From positions 64,001 to 128,000 of the forward strand of contig CBDCRI010000001.1 in the NCBI GenBank assembly GCA_965220965.1: a stretch of 64,000 bases of DNA. The letters are read 5' to 3'. This document shows, piece after piece, positions 45,281-54,184 of the stretch. This stretch comes from Candidatus Marinacidobacterium sp. (GTDB taxonomy: Bacteria > Acidobacteriota > Vicinamibacteria > Marinacidobacterales > Marinacidobacteraceae). The position numbers and the translations under genes are program-made. The notes beneath the pieces are model-generated. The model saw only the letters and a program-made list of their open reading frames with translations. It was not told where the DNA came from and ran no database searches. Numbering within the stretch: the stretch's first letter is position 1; every line of letters starts with the position of its first letter.

Positions 45281-48232
45281 TCAGCCCGGGGCCGGCGCCT
45301 CCAGCGCGATGAGGTCCGCCAGGCGCGCCGGGTCGCGCGCCCCGCCCTCGTCCTGCGCCTCGATCCAGGACACCGCCGAGCCGCCCGGGAAGCGCTCCGC
45401 CAGGCGGGCGATGGCCTGCGCGAAGCCCATGCGGCGCACCAACTCCCTGCGCAGCGCCACGTCCTGCGGCGTGGTGGAGTAGGCCCAGACCTCCGCCGCC
45501 CCCAGGGTCAGCCGCAGGACCTGCTCGACGCGCTCGGCGACGTTGTCGAGCCGGCCGAGGTAGAGCATGGAGGAGCCCTCGTGGCGCGAGGGGCCGGTGA
45601 CGTGGCGCTCGTAGTCCGCCATGGCGTCGTCGGACGGCTTGAAGCGCCTCGCGATCTGCTCGACCCCGAGCTTCGACGACGGCTGGCCCATCACCCAGAT
45701 GTTGGTGGCGAGCTCCACCATGTCGTCGTCGAAGTCGTCGAGCAGCTGCGAGACCAGGCAGATGCGCACCCCGTACTTGCGGCCCTCGCGGATGTCGCGG
45801 ACCACCTGCTCGCGGACCTGCCGGGAGCCGCGGGTGCGGTGGAACTCGTCGTAGCAGATGCGCTTCACGGCGCGCTGGTCGGCGCGCACGGCGTCGAGGT
45901 GGTGCTGCCGGTACAGGTCCGGAACCTCGCCGACCGACTCCTCGTCGCGGTAGAAGCCCGCGCACAGCATCTGCCTGGCCAGCAGGTAGTACAGCGCGGT
46001 CTGCTTGTCGCCGCGGCCGCTGCCGCCCTGCGCCACCTGGGCGAGGTCCACGGCGACCACCCGCGCCTGGCTGACCGCGAAGCTGCTCGGCCTGCCGAGC
46101 GCCGGGTTGTCGCGGACCGCCAGCGAGATCATGCCCACCATGTAGCTGATCGGCGACTCGCCGCCGATGCGCGCCCCCTCGTCGAGGTCGCGCAGCGCGG
46201 TCGAGGCGTTCAGCGCCGCCGGGATGTCCTGCAGGGTGGGCACGGCGAAGCGCTGCGCCAGGGTCGCCGCGTGGACGTCGCCGGCGCGGAACAGGCCGTC
46301 GACCACCTGCCACCAGGAGGTGCGCCCGTCCACCACCTCCAGGCCGACGCGCTCCACCGCCCGCGCCACCGCCTCCGGGGCGGCGGCCGGGTCGTACTCC
46401 TTGGCGTTGGCCCCGGGGGCGAAGTGGGCGTAGGTCTCGTCCACCGCCTGGCTGACGAACTCCGCGAGGCGCTCCGGGGCCTCGCGGGCGCCCGCCGGGC
46501 TCAGCAGCAGGGTGAGGAACGAGACCATCCACGAGCGGTCCATGGCCGGCGGGAAGGGGCAGCCCAGCGGGGTGTCCAGGGGGTTGATCGCCTCCGCCCC
46601 CTCCTCCTGGCGGAAGGTGAACGACTGCGCCAGGTGGCGCTGGCCCTCCGGCAGCACCTCGCGCACCAGGTCGATGAACAGCGAGGCCGAGTAGCCGACG
46701 TCGATGATGGCGATGCGCGGCACCGCCTCGTTGGCCGGGTCGCACAGCAGCGACAGGTTGTCGGCGGCGAGCTTCAGGCTCTTGCCCGCCCCGGGCGGGG
46801 CGAACACCAGGTCCGAGGACAGGGCCTGCAGGGCGCCGCCCTGGGCGACCGGGAACAGGCGGTTGTCCACCGTGCGCAGCAGGGCGCCGCCGCGCCGCCA
46901 GGGCGCGCGCGGGCGCAGGAACGGGCAGATCGTCACCGCCTCCGCCAGCGGCGCCGCGCACGGCGGGGCCACCGACGAGGGGGTGAAGCCGGGCTGCGCG
47001 GACAGCCACGCCTCCACCGGGTCGCCGCGGTCCGCCACCACCGACGGCCCGCCCCAGGACTCCAGCGCCCGGACCAGCACGCTGAGCCGGTCGCGGACCT
47101 CCTCCGGGGAGCGGCCGCTGGTCGCCGCCTGCACCTGGCAGGCCACCAGCACGCCCTGGCGCGCGTAGTCCTGGAGCTGGCGCATCGCCTCCAGGATCGA
47201 GCGGTTCTGCGAGGCCGTCCAGGCGATCACCGAGGCCAGCGCCTCCTTCAGCTTGAGCTTGCCGAGAATGTCCTCGTGGCCGCTGGTGAGGGTGATCGAG
47301 ACCTGCCAGGGGATGCCGTCGGGCACCGCCCGGAACAGGCCGGCGAACGGCTCCGGGGCGGCCGGCAGCATGTCCATCGACAGCGTGCCGTGCCAGCGCC
47401 CGCCGAGCCGGACCAGCCCCTCGCGGGCCTCCGGGGCGTCGGTGAACAGCTGGTGGGCGATCGGCGGGGTGAACAGGCACGAGCCGTCCATGCCGCCCTC
47501 CACCTCGCGCACCACGCGCATGGCCGGCCGGCCGCCGAGCAGCCTGGGGCGCCATTTCGGGCCGCCGGTCGGCGCGATGTGCCCGCGCAGGCTCAGCATC
47601 GCGTCCGCGCAGCGCATCGGCTCCAGCCCGGCCACCCCGCTGAAGGCGCTCTCCAGCATGCGCCGGTTGGCGGCGTGCGCCCGGCGCAGGTCCCCCAGGC
47701 CGACGTTGGGCGACATCGCGTACTCGCCGAGGCGCGCCGGCAGGTCGAACCGCCGCAGGGCCTCCGCGGCGCGCCGGCGGGCCGACTTGAGCTCGACGTC
47801 GGTGAGCGACTCGGGCAGGGTCGAGAGCACCAGCACGCAGCGCTCCTCGGCGACGCGCTCCGAGAGCGCGGCGATGCGCGCCTCCAGCAGGCCGCCGACC
47901 TCCAGGCCGAGCCGCTCCGCCGCGCCCAGGGTCGGGCCGAGGGCGTCGCGGACCCGGCTCTCGGCCAGCTCCGGCAGGCGCGAGAAGACCGCCTGCAGGC
48001 GGATGCCGGGGGCGCGCAGCGACGCCTCCAGGCGGGCCACCAGCCGGCCGACGCGCTCCGCCGCCCCGGCGTCGCTGACCGCGCCGTAGGAGCCGACCGC
48101 CTCGTAGAAGGTGGCGAACCCGCCCGAGGCCAGGGCGAAGTCGGCCTCGCCCTCGTCCGCCTCCAGCTGGCAGAGGTCCATGACGTCCGACTTCAGCTGG
48201 CGCCGCAGGCCGCGCAGGACGGCGCGGATCAC
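45281..48232 (-). CDS. icmB: IcmB/DotO (TraU) VirB4-like ATPase
   Basis: APPGAGKS, IIDVGYS, INPLDTPLG, QRFAVPTL, YDEFHRT, REGRKY, WAYSTT. Confidence 0.93.
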   Translation of the reverse strand: MIRAVLRGLRRQLKSDVMDLCQLEADEGEADFALASGGFATFYEAVGSYGAVSDAGAAERVGRLVARLEASLRAPGIRLQAVFSRLPELAESRVRDALGPTLGAAERLGLEVGGLLEARIAALSERVAEERCVLVLSTLPESLTDVELKSARRRAAEALRRFDLPARLGEYAMSPNVGLGDLRRAHAANRRMLESAFSGVAGLEPMRCADAMLSLRGHIAPTGGPKWRPRLLGGRPAMRVVREVEGGMDGSCLFTPPIAHQLFTDAPEAREGLVRLGGRWHGTLSMDMLPAAPEPFAGLFRAVPDGIPWQVSITLTSGHEDILGKLKLKEALASVIAWTASQNRSILEAMRQLQDYARQGVLVACQVQAATSGRSPEEVRDRLSVLVRALESWGGPSVVADRGDPVEAWLSAQPGFTPSSVAPPCAAPLAEAVTICPFLRPRAPWRRGGALLRTVDNRLFPVAQGGALQALSSDLVFAPPGAGKSLKLAADNLSLLCDPANEAVPRIAIIDVGYSASLFIDLVREVLPEGQRHLAQSFTFRQEEGAEAINPLDTPLGCPFPPAMDRSWMVSFLTLLLSPAGAREAPERLAEFVSQAVDETYAHFAPGANAKEYDPAAAPEAVARAVERVGLEVVDGRTSWWQVVDGLFRAGDVHAATLAQRFAVPTLQDIPAALNASTALRDLDEGARIGGESPISYMVGMISLAVRDNPALGRPSSFAVSQARVVAVDLAQVAQGGSGRGDKQTALYYLLARQMLCAGFYRDEESVGEVPDLYRQHHLDAVRADQRAVKRICYDEFHRTRGSRQVREQVVRDIREGRKYGVRICLVSQLLDDFDDDMVELATNIWVMGQPSSKLGVEQIARRFKPSDDAMADYERHVTGPSRHEGSSMLYLGRLDNVAERVEQVLRLTLGAAEVWAYSTTPQDVALRRELVRRMGFAQAIARLAERFPGGSAVSWIEAQDEGGARDPARLADLIALEAPAPG

Positions 48233-48462
48233 GCCGCCCGCCCGGCGCCCTTGAGGCGCTTGATGAGCGCCCGCATCGCCGCCACGCGCCGGCGGTCGTC
48301 GTCGATCGCCAGCGCCCGGTCGGCCTCGCACCGGACGCTAAGCGCCTCGGCCGGCGCCAGCGGGGCCAGCGCCGCGTCGAGCAGGCGCCGCGGGTCGTCG
48401 CGCAGCCTGCGCGGGGCGTCGCCGAGCAGCGCCTCGTCGATGGCGTCGAGCTCCCCGCTCAC
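48229..48462 (-). CDS. Small hypothetical protein
   Basis: GTGA overlaps on both sides. Confidence 0.5.
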   Translation of the reverse strand: MSGELDAIDEALLGDAPRRLRDDPRRLLDAALAPLAPAEALSVRCEADRALAIDDDRRRVAAMRALIKRLKGAGRAA

Positions 48463-49616
48463 GGCAGCGTCGCCTGGGGGATCAGGCCGTAGTCGCGCGC
48501 CACCCCGTCGCACACCGCCTCCTCGCCCGGCGGCACGAACGCCACCAGCCGCCCGTGGGCGTGCGAGCCGACGCAGATGGAGTGCTGCGCCAGCGCCTCC
48601 GCATAGCGCGAGGTCAGCGCCCGGTCGTAGGCGCGCTGCCAGACCGCCGCCGCGCCCGCGCTCCGGTCGGAGCCGCGCAGGGCGAAGGCGGCCAGCACGT
48701 TCTCCAGGAACAGCCCGGTGCCGGTGTCGACCCAGGGGGCCTTGAGCAGGCGCGCCACGGCGTCCGGCAGGGGGCAGCGGGCGGCGTCCGCCAGGTGCGC
48801 CTCGAGGATGCGCACCTCGGCGAAGCGGGCCACGTGCAGCACCTCCGGCAGGGCCGCCCACTCGCGCAGGACGCCGGCCCCGGCGCCGAAGGTGGCGAAG
48901 GGGGCGAAGTCGGGGCTGGTCCGGGTCAGCGAGATGCGCAGCAGGGCGGTCCGGCCCGAACCGGCGAGGTCCGCCAGCCAGCCCACCGCCGCCTTGGTGC
49001 CCGCCAGGGCCCTGCCGTCCACGTGGCCGAAGGGGCGCCGCGGGTGCTTGGCGGACGCGCTCCACTCGGCCCCCGGCGCCGGCACCGGGCGCGTCAGCAG
49101 CCAATGGGCGAGCGCCGCGCGCGGCAGCATGAACGTCCGCGTCGCCGCGCCGGCCAGCGGCCGGCCCTTCATGCCCTGGTTGATCTGGTGGGCGTTGGCC
49201 AGGCCGTCGGCGACCGGCGGCGGCGGGCGGCGGCGCATGGGCCCGGTGACCAGCGCGCCGCGCAGCGCGTGCGCCAGCCGGTAGCCGCCGCTGACCGGGC
49301 AGACGCGCTCGGCCAGCGACAGGCACCGCGCCGCCGCCACGCCCGCCGCCTGCGCCGCCTCGCGCCCCCTCGGGGGCAGCCCGAGCTCCGCCAGCAGCGC
49401 CCCCGTGCGGGTGCGCAGGTACTGGTCGTCGGCGAAGTTGCCGGCCGCCCCCAGGCCGCTTTCGCGGAACTCGCCGAAGTCGCAGTTGGTGATCCAGAAC
49501 ACGTCCGAGGGCAGCTCGCGCGGCTGAGCGAAGGCCTTGGCGGGCTCGCCGCCGAGCGAGGCCCAGCCCTCCGCCGGCCGGGCCGGCGCGTCGAACAGCG
49601 CGACGCCGGCCTTCAC
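48459..49616 (-). CDS. Conserved-looking hypothetical protein between icmJ and icmB
   Basis: GTGA-coupled; WITN, REWAALPEV and WQRAYDRA motifs. Confidence 0.7.
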   Translation of the reverse strand: MKAGVALFDAPARPAEGWASLGGEPAKAFAQPRELPSDVFWITNCDFGEFRESGLGAAGNFADDQYLRTRTGALLAELGLPPRGREAAQAAGVAAARCLSLAERVCPVSGGYRLAHALRGALVTGPMRRRPPPPVADGLANAHQINQGMKGRPLAGAATRTFMLPRAALAHWLLTRPVPAPGAEWSASAKHPRRPFGHVDGRALAGTKAAVGWLADLAGSGRTALLRISLTRTSPDFAPFATFGAGAGVLREWAALPEVLHVARFAEVRILEAHLADAARCPLPDAVARLLKAPWVDTGTGLFLENVLAAFALRGSDRSAGAAAVWQRAYDRALTSRYAEALAQHSICVGSHAHGRLVAFVPPGEEAVCDGVARDYGLIPQATLP

Positions 49617-50350
49617 GCGCCCGCCGCCCGCACCAGCATCGCGCCGATGGCCCTGCCGGGCTCGAGGCCCGGGTGCAGCGCCTCGAGCAGGGCCGAGGCC
49701 CGCGCCAGCGCGTCCTCGCGCAGCCCGTCCAGGCGGCCCGAGCGGCGCATCGCCTCCAGCTCGCGGTCGTAGGCCTCGGGGGCGTACCAGAGGCAGAAGC
49801 CGGCCAGCACCTCGCCGCGGCGGGCGTAGTCGGCGTCGCCGAGGGCCGCCAGCTGGGCGCCGAAGTGGGCGGCGTCGCTGTGGCCGAGGCGCGCCACGGC
49901 GCCGCGCCGGCCCGCCTCCAGCAGGGCGGCGGGCATGGTCTCCACGTACTCGCGCCACTGCCGCTCGCGCAGGCCCTCCGGGGCGGGCAGCAGGGCGGAG
50001 TAGCGCAGCGCGCGCTGCGCCTGGTGCCAGATGCCGAGCGGCACGTCGGCCATCGGCGCGAAGTGGCACAGCTCGGCGCGCCCGCTGGCGCCCTGGAAGC
50101 CGACGTGGCAGGCGCCGTGGCACAGGCGGCAGGCGGTCGCGAGGTTGGCCAGCGCGTTGTTGGCGTGGTCGTCGTCGAGGTGGTGGACCTCCATCGCGCC
50201 CTCCAGCCGCCAGCCGCACCAGCGGCAGGCGTGGCCGTCCCGCTCCAGCGCCTTCGGGCGCTGGCGCGCGAAGTCGGCGTTGGCCGCCTCGGCGTGGGGG
50301 TCGTCGGCGCGGAACGGGCCGCGCTTCACCGAGAGCCTAAGCGGCTCCAC
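49613..50350 (-). CDS. icmJ: IcmJ/DotN (TraT) HNH-fold protein
   Basis: LERDGHACRWCG..EVHHLDDDHANN..NLATACRLCH; upstream of icmB. Confidence 0.85.
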   Translation of the reverse strand: MEPLRLSVKRGPFRADDPHAEAANADFARQRPKALERDGHACRWCGWRLEGAMEVHHLDDDHANNALANLATACRLCHGACHVGFQGASGRAELCHFAPMADVPLGIWHQAQRALRYSALLPAPEGLRERQWREYVETMPAALLEAGRRGAVARLGHSDAAHFGAQLAALGDADYARRGEVLAGFCLWYAPEAYDRELEAMRRSGRLDGLREDALARASALLEALHPGLEPGRAIGAMLVRAAGA

Positions 50351-50747
50351 AGGCGGCGCACAGCGCGGGGGCCTGGCCCCACGCGCCCCTCGGGTTCATC
50401 ATCTCGGCGACGAAGCGCACCAGGAACGGCAGCAGGACGGCGAGCAGGCCGCAGGCCAGCAGGATCAGGCCCTGGCGCACCTTCTCCGGCTTCCACGGCG
50501 ACTTGCGCAGCCCGTCGTGGAGGTGGCGCCCCGCGACCAGCAGCAGGACGGCGCCGAACGCGAACAGGGCGAAGACGCCGAAGCGCAGCACCGCCTGCAG
50601 CTGCTCTGAGAGGCCCTCCGCCACCTCGCCGATCTGCGCGGCGGCGGGGGCCGGCGCCAGCAGCAGGGCGGACGGCCAGCGGCGCGCCCGCACGGCGCGC
50701 GCGGCGGAGCGGCCGGCCCGTTCGGCCACCCACCGCGCCAGCGTCAT
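50337..50747 (-). CDS. IcmD/TraR-like pilin-type membrane protein, paralogue 4
   Basis: AAA-Q cleavage site, two TMs, RQGL...CGLLAVLLPF. Confidence 0.65.
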   Translation of the reverse strand: MTLARWVAERAGRSAARAVRARRWPSALLLAPAPAAAQIGEVAEGLSEQLQAVLRFGVFALFAFGAVLLLVAGRHLHDGLRKSPWKPEKVRQGLILLACGLLAVLLPFLVRFVAEMMNPRGAWGQAPALCAACGAA

Positions 50748-51157
50748 TGGGTGGAGCTGTAGCGGTTCAGCGGGTCGTCATCCTTCACCGCATTGACGGC
50801 GTTGTCGCTGTCCTGCCCGGTCACGGTCTCCGCGGACAGGTCCACCAGGAAGGGCAGCGAGATCAGGGCGGGGCCGAGCAGAGCCATGGCCAGGCCCTTG
50901 CGCATCTCTTCGCCTTGCCTGGTGTCCTTGCTGTACTTGATCAGGGCCATCACGCCGGCCCCGGTGATGGCCAGGCCCACCACCACGAAGACGGTGGTGA
51001 GCAGCCCGCTCACCGACTGCAGCTGGTTGATCCAGCCGGCCTGCTGGCCCTCGATGCCCACGGTCTGCGCCCAGGCGCCGCCGCACAGGGCCAGGCTGGC
51101 GAGCGCGGCCGCCGCGCGGGCCCCAAGGGCCCGCAGTCTCTCAATGTCTCCTTTCAT
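50744..51157 (-). CDS. IcmD/TraR-like pilin-type membrane protein, paralogue 3
   Basis: AWA-Q, two TMs, RKGL...GPALISLPF, DPLNRY; GGAGG RBS. Confidence 0.7.
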   Translation of the reverse strand: MKGDIERLRALGARAAAALASLALCGGAWAQTVGIEGQQAGWINQLQSVSGLLTTVFVVVGLAITGAGVMALIKYSKDTRQGEEMRKGLAMALLGPALISLPFLVDLSAETVTGQDSDNAVNAVKDDDPLNRYSSTQ

Positions 51158-51200
51158 CGGTTCCTCCGGTTGTCGGCGCCCAGCGCGCCGGGAATCAGTG

Positions 51201-51578
51201 TCAGTAGCTGTCGATCGGGTCGCCCGTGGGCAGGGCCTGGCCGTCCGAGAAGTCCACGACGACCTCCTCGGCCGGCACGCCGAGCGTGCCGGTCACCAGC
51301 CCCACCACCCAGGGCAGCAGGACCATGCAGGCGCCCGCCAGCACCGCGGCGAGCCCCTTCTGGAACTCGGCGTCGCCGCGGGCCTCCCGGTAGTGCCTGG
51401 CGAGGTAGCCCACGCCCATCCCCACCGTCGCCAGGCCAAGGACCGTGAAGAAGGCCGTGGCCAGGCCCGTGGCCGACTGCAGCTGCGCCAGCCAGCCGGG
51501 CTTCAGCGCGCTCAGCCGCTCCGCGGCGGCCGGCGCCGCCGCCAGCAGGCCGGCCAGGGCCGGCACGGCCCGCCTCAC
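51201..51578 (-). CDS. IcmD/TraR-like pilin-type membrane protein, paralogue 2
   Basis: AAA-E, two TMs, QKGL...GACMVLLPW, DPIDSY. Confidence 0.7.
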   Translation of the reverse strand: MRRAVPALAGLLAAAPAAAERLSALKPGWLAQLQSATGLATAFFTVLGLATVGMGVGYLARHYREARGDAEFQKGLAAVLAGACMVLLPWVVGLVTGTLGVPAEEVVVDFSDGQALPTGDPIDSY

Positions 51579-52009
51579 TGCCGGGCCTCCTCGTACTGCC
51601 GCAGCGGGTCCATGGTCCGCACCGCCTCGCGGGCGTCCACCTGGTCGCCGCCGCCCATCAGCGTGTCGCCCACCAGTCCCAGGGTCCACGGCAGCGCGAT
51701 GAGCAGGCCGCCGGCCAGCAGCCCGACCAGGCCGCGGGTGATGTTCCGGCCGTCGCCCTCGCGGCGGTGGTGGGCGACGAACTCGCGCAGCGCCATGCCC
51801 AGGAAGGCCACGCCCATGAGCACGGCGACGCCGGTGAGGATCGACACGGCGGCCTTGAACTCCACCCCCAGCGCCGCCAGGAACGCCGTCTTCGGGTCCT
51901 GCGCCAGCGCGGCGGCCGCGGCCGCCCACGCGGCGGCGCCGAGCGCCGCCGTTGCCAATGCGCCCATGCGCCTGCCGTCGGTCCCCGTTCGGGCCATCGC
52001 GCGCGCCAT
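51575..52009 (-). CDS. IcmD/TraR-like pilin-type membrane protein, paralogue 1
   Basis: ALA-Q, two TMs, TRGL...GGLLIALPW, DPLRQY. Confidence 0.7.
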   Translation of the reverse strand: MARAMARTGTDGRRMGALATAALGAAAWAAAAAALAQDPKTAFLAALGVEFKAAVSILTGVAVLMGVAFLGMALREFVAHHRREGDGRNITRGLVGLLAGGLLIALPWTLGLVGDTLMGGGDQVDAREAVRTMDPLRQYEEARQ

Positions 52010-52037
52010 CCGCCGCCTACCAAGGTCGTTGCCGATT

Positions 52038-52065
52038 AGATTATGATTGGCCGCAGGAAAGTCAA
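52038..52065 (-). promoter_or_regulatory. Sigma70-type promoter for the pilin-icmJ-icmB operon
   Basis: TTGACT-N16-TAATCT on the minus strand. Confidence 0.5.
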
Positions 52066-52075
52066 GGGTGCACGG

Positions 52076-53137
52076 GTGAGCGCTTCGACCGACTCGCATG
52101 CGGAGGCCTACATGAGCGCGGCGCGCAACCACCCGCTTCTCAGCCACGCGGAGGAGATCGCGCTGGCGCAGGACATGGACCGCGCCCGGGCCTGCATCGC
52201 CCGCCACGCGGGCGCCGTCCCGGGCGTCGTCAGCGGCTACCTGGCGGCGCTGTCCGCATCCGGCGACCGGCGCCGCGGCCGCATCTACTTGGGCACCACG
52301 CTGCCGGAGGAGCCGCCGGCGGAGGCGGGCGAGCCCCCGGTGGAGGCGCTGCGGGCGGCGGCCGGCGACGCGCAGGCGTCCGCCCGGGTCCTCGGCGACG
52401 TGCGCCCCTCCGAGGAGTTCGTCGAGCGCTGGGCGGAGGCGGTGCGCGACTCGGCGCTCGGCGCCGAGGCCAAGCGCAGCGCCGCCCAGGCCCTGCGCCG
52501 CCTCGTGCGCGCCCGCAACGCCTTGGTCAGCCACAACCTGCGGCTGGTGGTCTCGCTCGCCAAGCGCCAGCACCGCCCGGAGGGCTACGCGCTGAGCGAC
52601 GTGATCGGCGACGGCAACCACGGCCTCATCCAGGCCGTTCGGCTGTGGCAGTACAAGCACGGCTTCCGCTTCTCCACCTACGCCACCTGGTGGATCCGCC
52701 AGAGCGTCTCGCGCAGCGTGCAGGAGCGGGCGCGCACCGTGCGCGCGCCGACCCCGTCGCGGCAGCGCCGCGAGCGCATCGCCGAGGGCCGGCCCTCGCC
52801 GGAGGACCGGCTGGCCGGGGCGGCGCTGCTGCCGGCGATCTCCATGGACGCGCCGCTCGGCCCGGGCACCCAGTCGACGCTGCACGACGTCATGCCCGGC
52901 GGCGCCCCGGCCGAGGACGCCCTCACCAGCCCCGGCGCGCTGTTCGAGGCGATCGAGCGGGCGGTGGAGGAGATGGAGCCGGCCCAGGCCGACCTGCTGC
53001 GCCGCCGCTACGGGATGGACGGGCGCCCGGCCGCCTCGCTGCGCGAGATGGGCGAGGCGCTCGGCCGCGGCAAGAAGGCCGTGACCCGCGACGTTCAACT
53101 GGCCCTCGACGAGCTGCGGCGCCGGATCCAGGGCTGA
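52076..53137 (+). CDS. Sigma-70 family (RpoD/RpoS-like) RNA polymerase sigma factor
   Basis: YM....PLLSHAEEIALA, HNLRLVVSLAKR, GNHGLIQAV, GFRFSTYATWWIRQ, ISMDAP, SLREMG. Confidence 0.92.
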   Translation: MSASTDSHAEAYMSAARNHPLLSHAEEIALAQDMDRARACIARHAGAVPGVVSGYLAALSASGDRRRGRIYLGTTLPEEPPAEAGEPPVEALRAAAGDAQASARVLGDVRPSEEFVERWAEAVRDSALGAEAKRSAAQALRRLVRARNALVSHNLRLVVSLAKRQHRPEGYALSDVIGDGNHGLIQAVRLWQYKHGFRFSTYATWWIRQSVSRSVQERARTVRAPTPSRQRRERIAEGRPSPEDRLAGAALLPAISMDAPLGPGTQSTLHDVMPGGAPAEDALTSPGALFEAIERAVEEMEPAQADLLRRRYGMDGRPAASLREMGEALGRGKKAVTRDVQLALDELRRRIQG

Positions 53138-54054
53138 GGGCGCCCGGCGGCCCCGCCGCCCCCCGCCAGCCCGACCGCCGCCGCCAGGCTGGCCTCGGCC
53201 GAAAGCCCCGACAGCAGGCCGGCGGCGAACGCCCCCGCGCAGGCGTCGCCGCCTGGCGCGGGCCGGCCGTCCGGGGCCGCCAGGCGCATCGGCCGGCGCC
53301 CGTCGCGGTGCAGGGCCGCGGCGCCCGCGCGGGTCAGCAGGGCGCCCCAGCGCGCCGCCGCCGCCAGGCGCCGTCCGGCGGCCGCGGCCGGCTGGCCCAG
53401 CAGCGCCTGCGCGTGCGCCTCGTCGCCCGCCACCAGGGCGGCGCCCTCGGCGAGGTCGAGCAGCGCCGTCCGGCACTCCGGGCGCAGCGCCTCCGGCCCC
53501 AGGGCGAGCGCGCAGGGCCGGCCCGCCGCGTCCGCCGCCGCGCGCAGCTGGCGCAGCAGGCGCCCGCCCTGCGGGTAGTCGAGCGCGTGCGCGTCGAGCC
53601 ACACGAGGTCGGCGCGCGCCAGCAGGCCGTAGGACTCGCCGACCCCGTCCAGGGCCGGCCGGCCGGGGTGCAGCACGAGGCCCGTCCGCCCGTCCGGGCC
53701 CGCCACCGCCACCCGGCGGCGCAGGCCGCCCGCGGCGCAGGCCGACGGCTGCGGCCGCACCCCGCGCCGGGCCGCCTCCGCGGCCGCCTCCCGGTCCGCT
53801 GCCGAGGGCGAGGCGGGGAACTCCAGCGCGCAGCGGACGCGGGGGCGGCGACCGCGGGGCGCGCGGGCCGCGGCGGCGAGGGCGTCGAGCGCCGCGCCGC
53901 CGACCGTCCAGCCGTCCGCCCCCAGCCGGGCGAACCAGTCCGCCCCGCGCTCCAGCGCGCCGCCGGGCGGCGGGGCCAGCCCGTCGAGCAGCGGGTCGCC
54001 CGCGGGCAGGCGCCGCTCGCGCGCAAGGACCGTGAAGCCGTAGATGATGCCCAA
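53095..54054 (-). CDS. PfkB/ribokinase-fold protein, divergent
   Basis: GGDACAGAFAAGLLSG C-terminal signature; GGAGG RBS; TATAAT at 54084-54089. Confidence 0.55.
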   Translation of the reverse strand: MGIIYGFTVLARERRLPAGDPLLDGLAPPPGGALERGADWFARLGADGWTVGGAALDALAAAARAPRGRRPRVRCALEFPASPSAADREAAAEAARRGVRPQPSACAAGGLRRRVAVAGPDGRTGLVLHPGRPALDGVGESYGLLARADLVWLDAHALDYPQGGRLLRQLRAAADAAGRPCALALGPEALRPECRTALLDLAEGAALVAGDEAHAQALLGQPAAAAGRRLAAAARWGALLTRAGAAALHRDGRRPMRLAAPDGRPAPGGDACAGAFAAGLLSGLSAEASLAAAVGLAGGGGAAGRPQPWIRRRSSSRAS

Positions 54055-54184
54055 TGCCCCCTCCGGGCGGCCTGACCGGCGCGATTATAGGGGGCCGCCC
54101 GCCCGGCGGGCCCGCGGCGGGGCCTGACCGCCGGCGATGTGCTTTAATCCCACCCAACGCACCCCAGCAGCAGGAACGACCGCC

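Noticed and set aside
49613-50350. HNH homing or restriction endonuclease
   Set aside because: The motif and position upstream of icmB match IcmJ/DotN.
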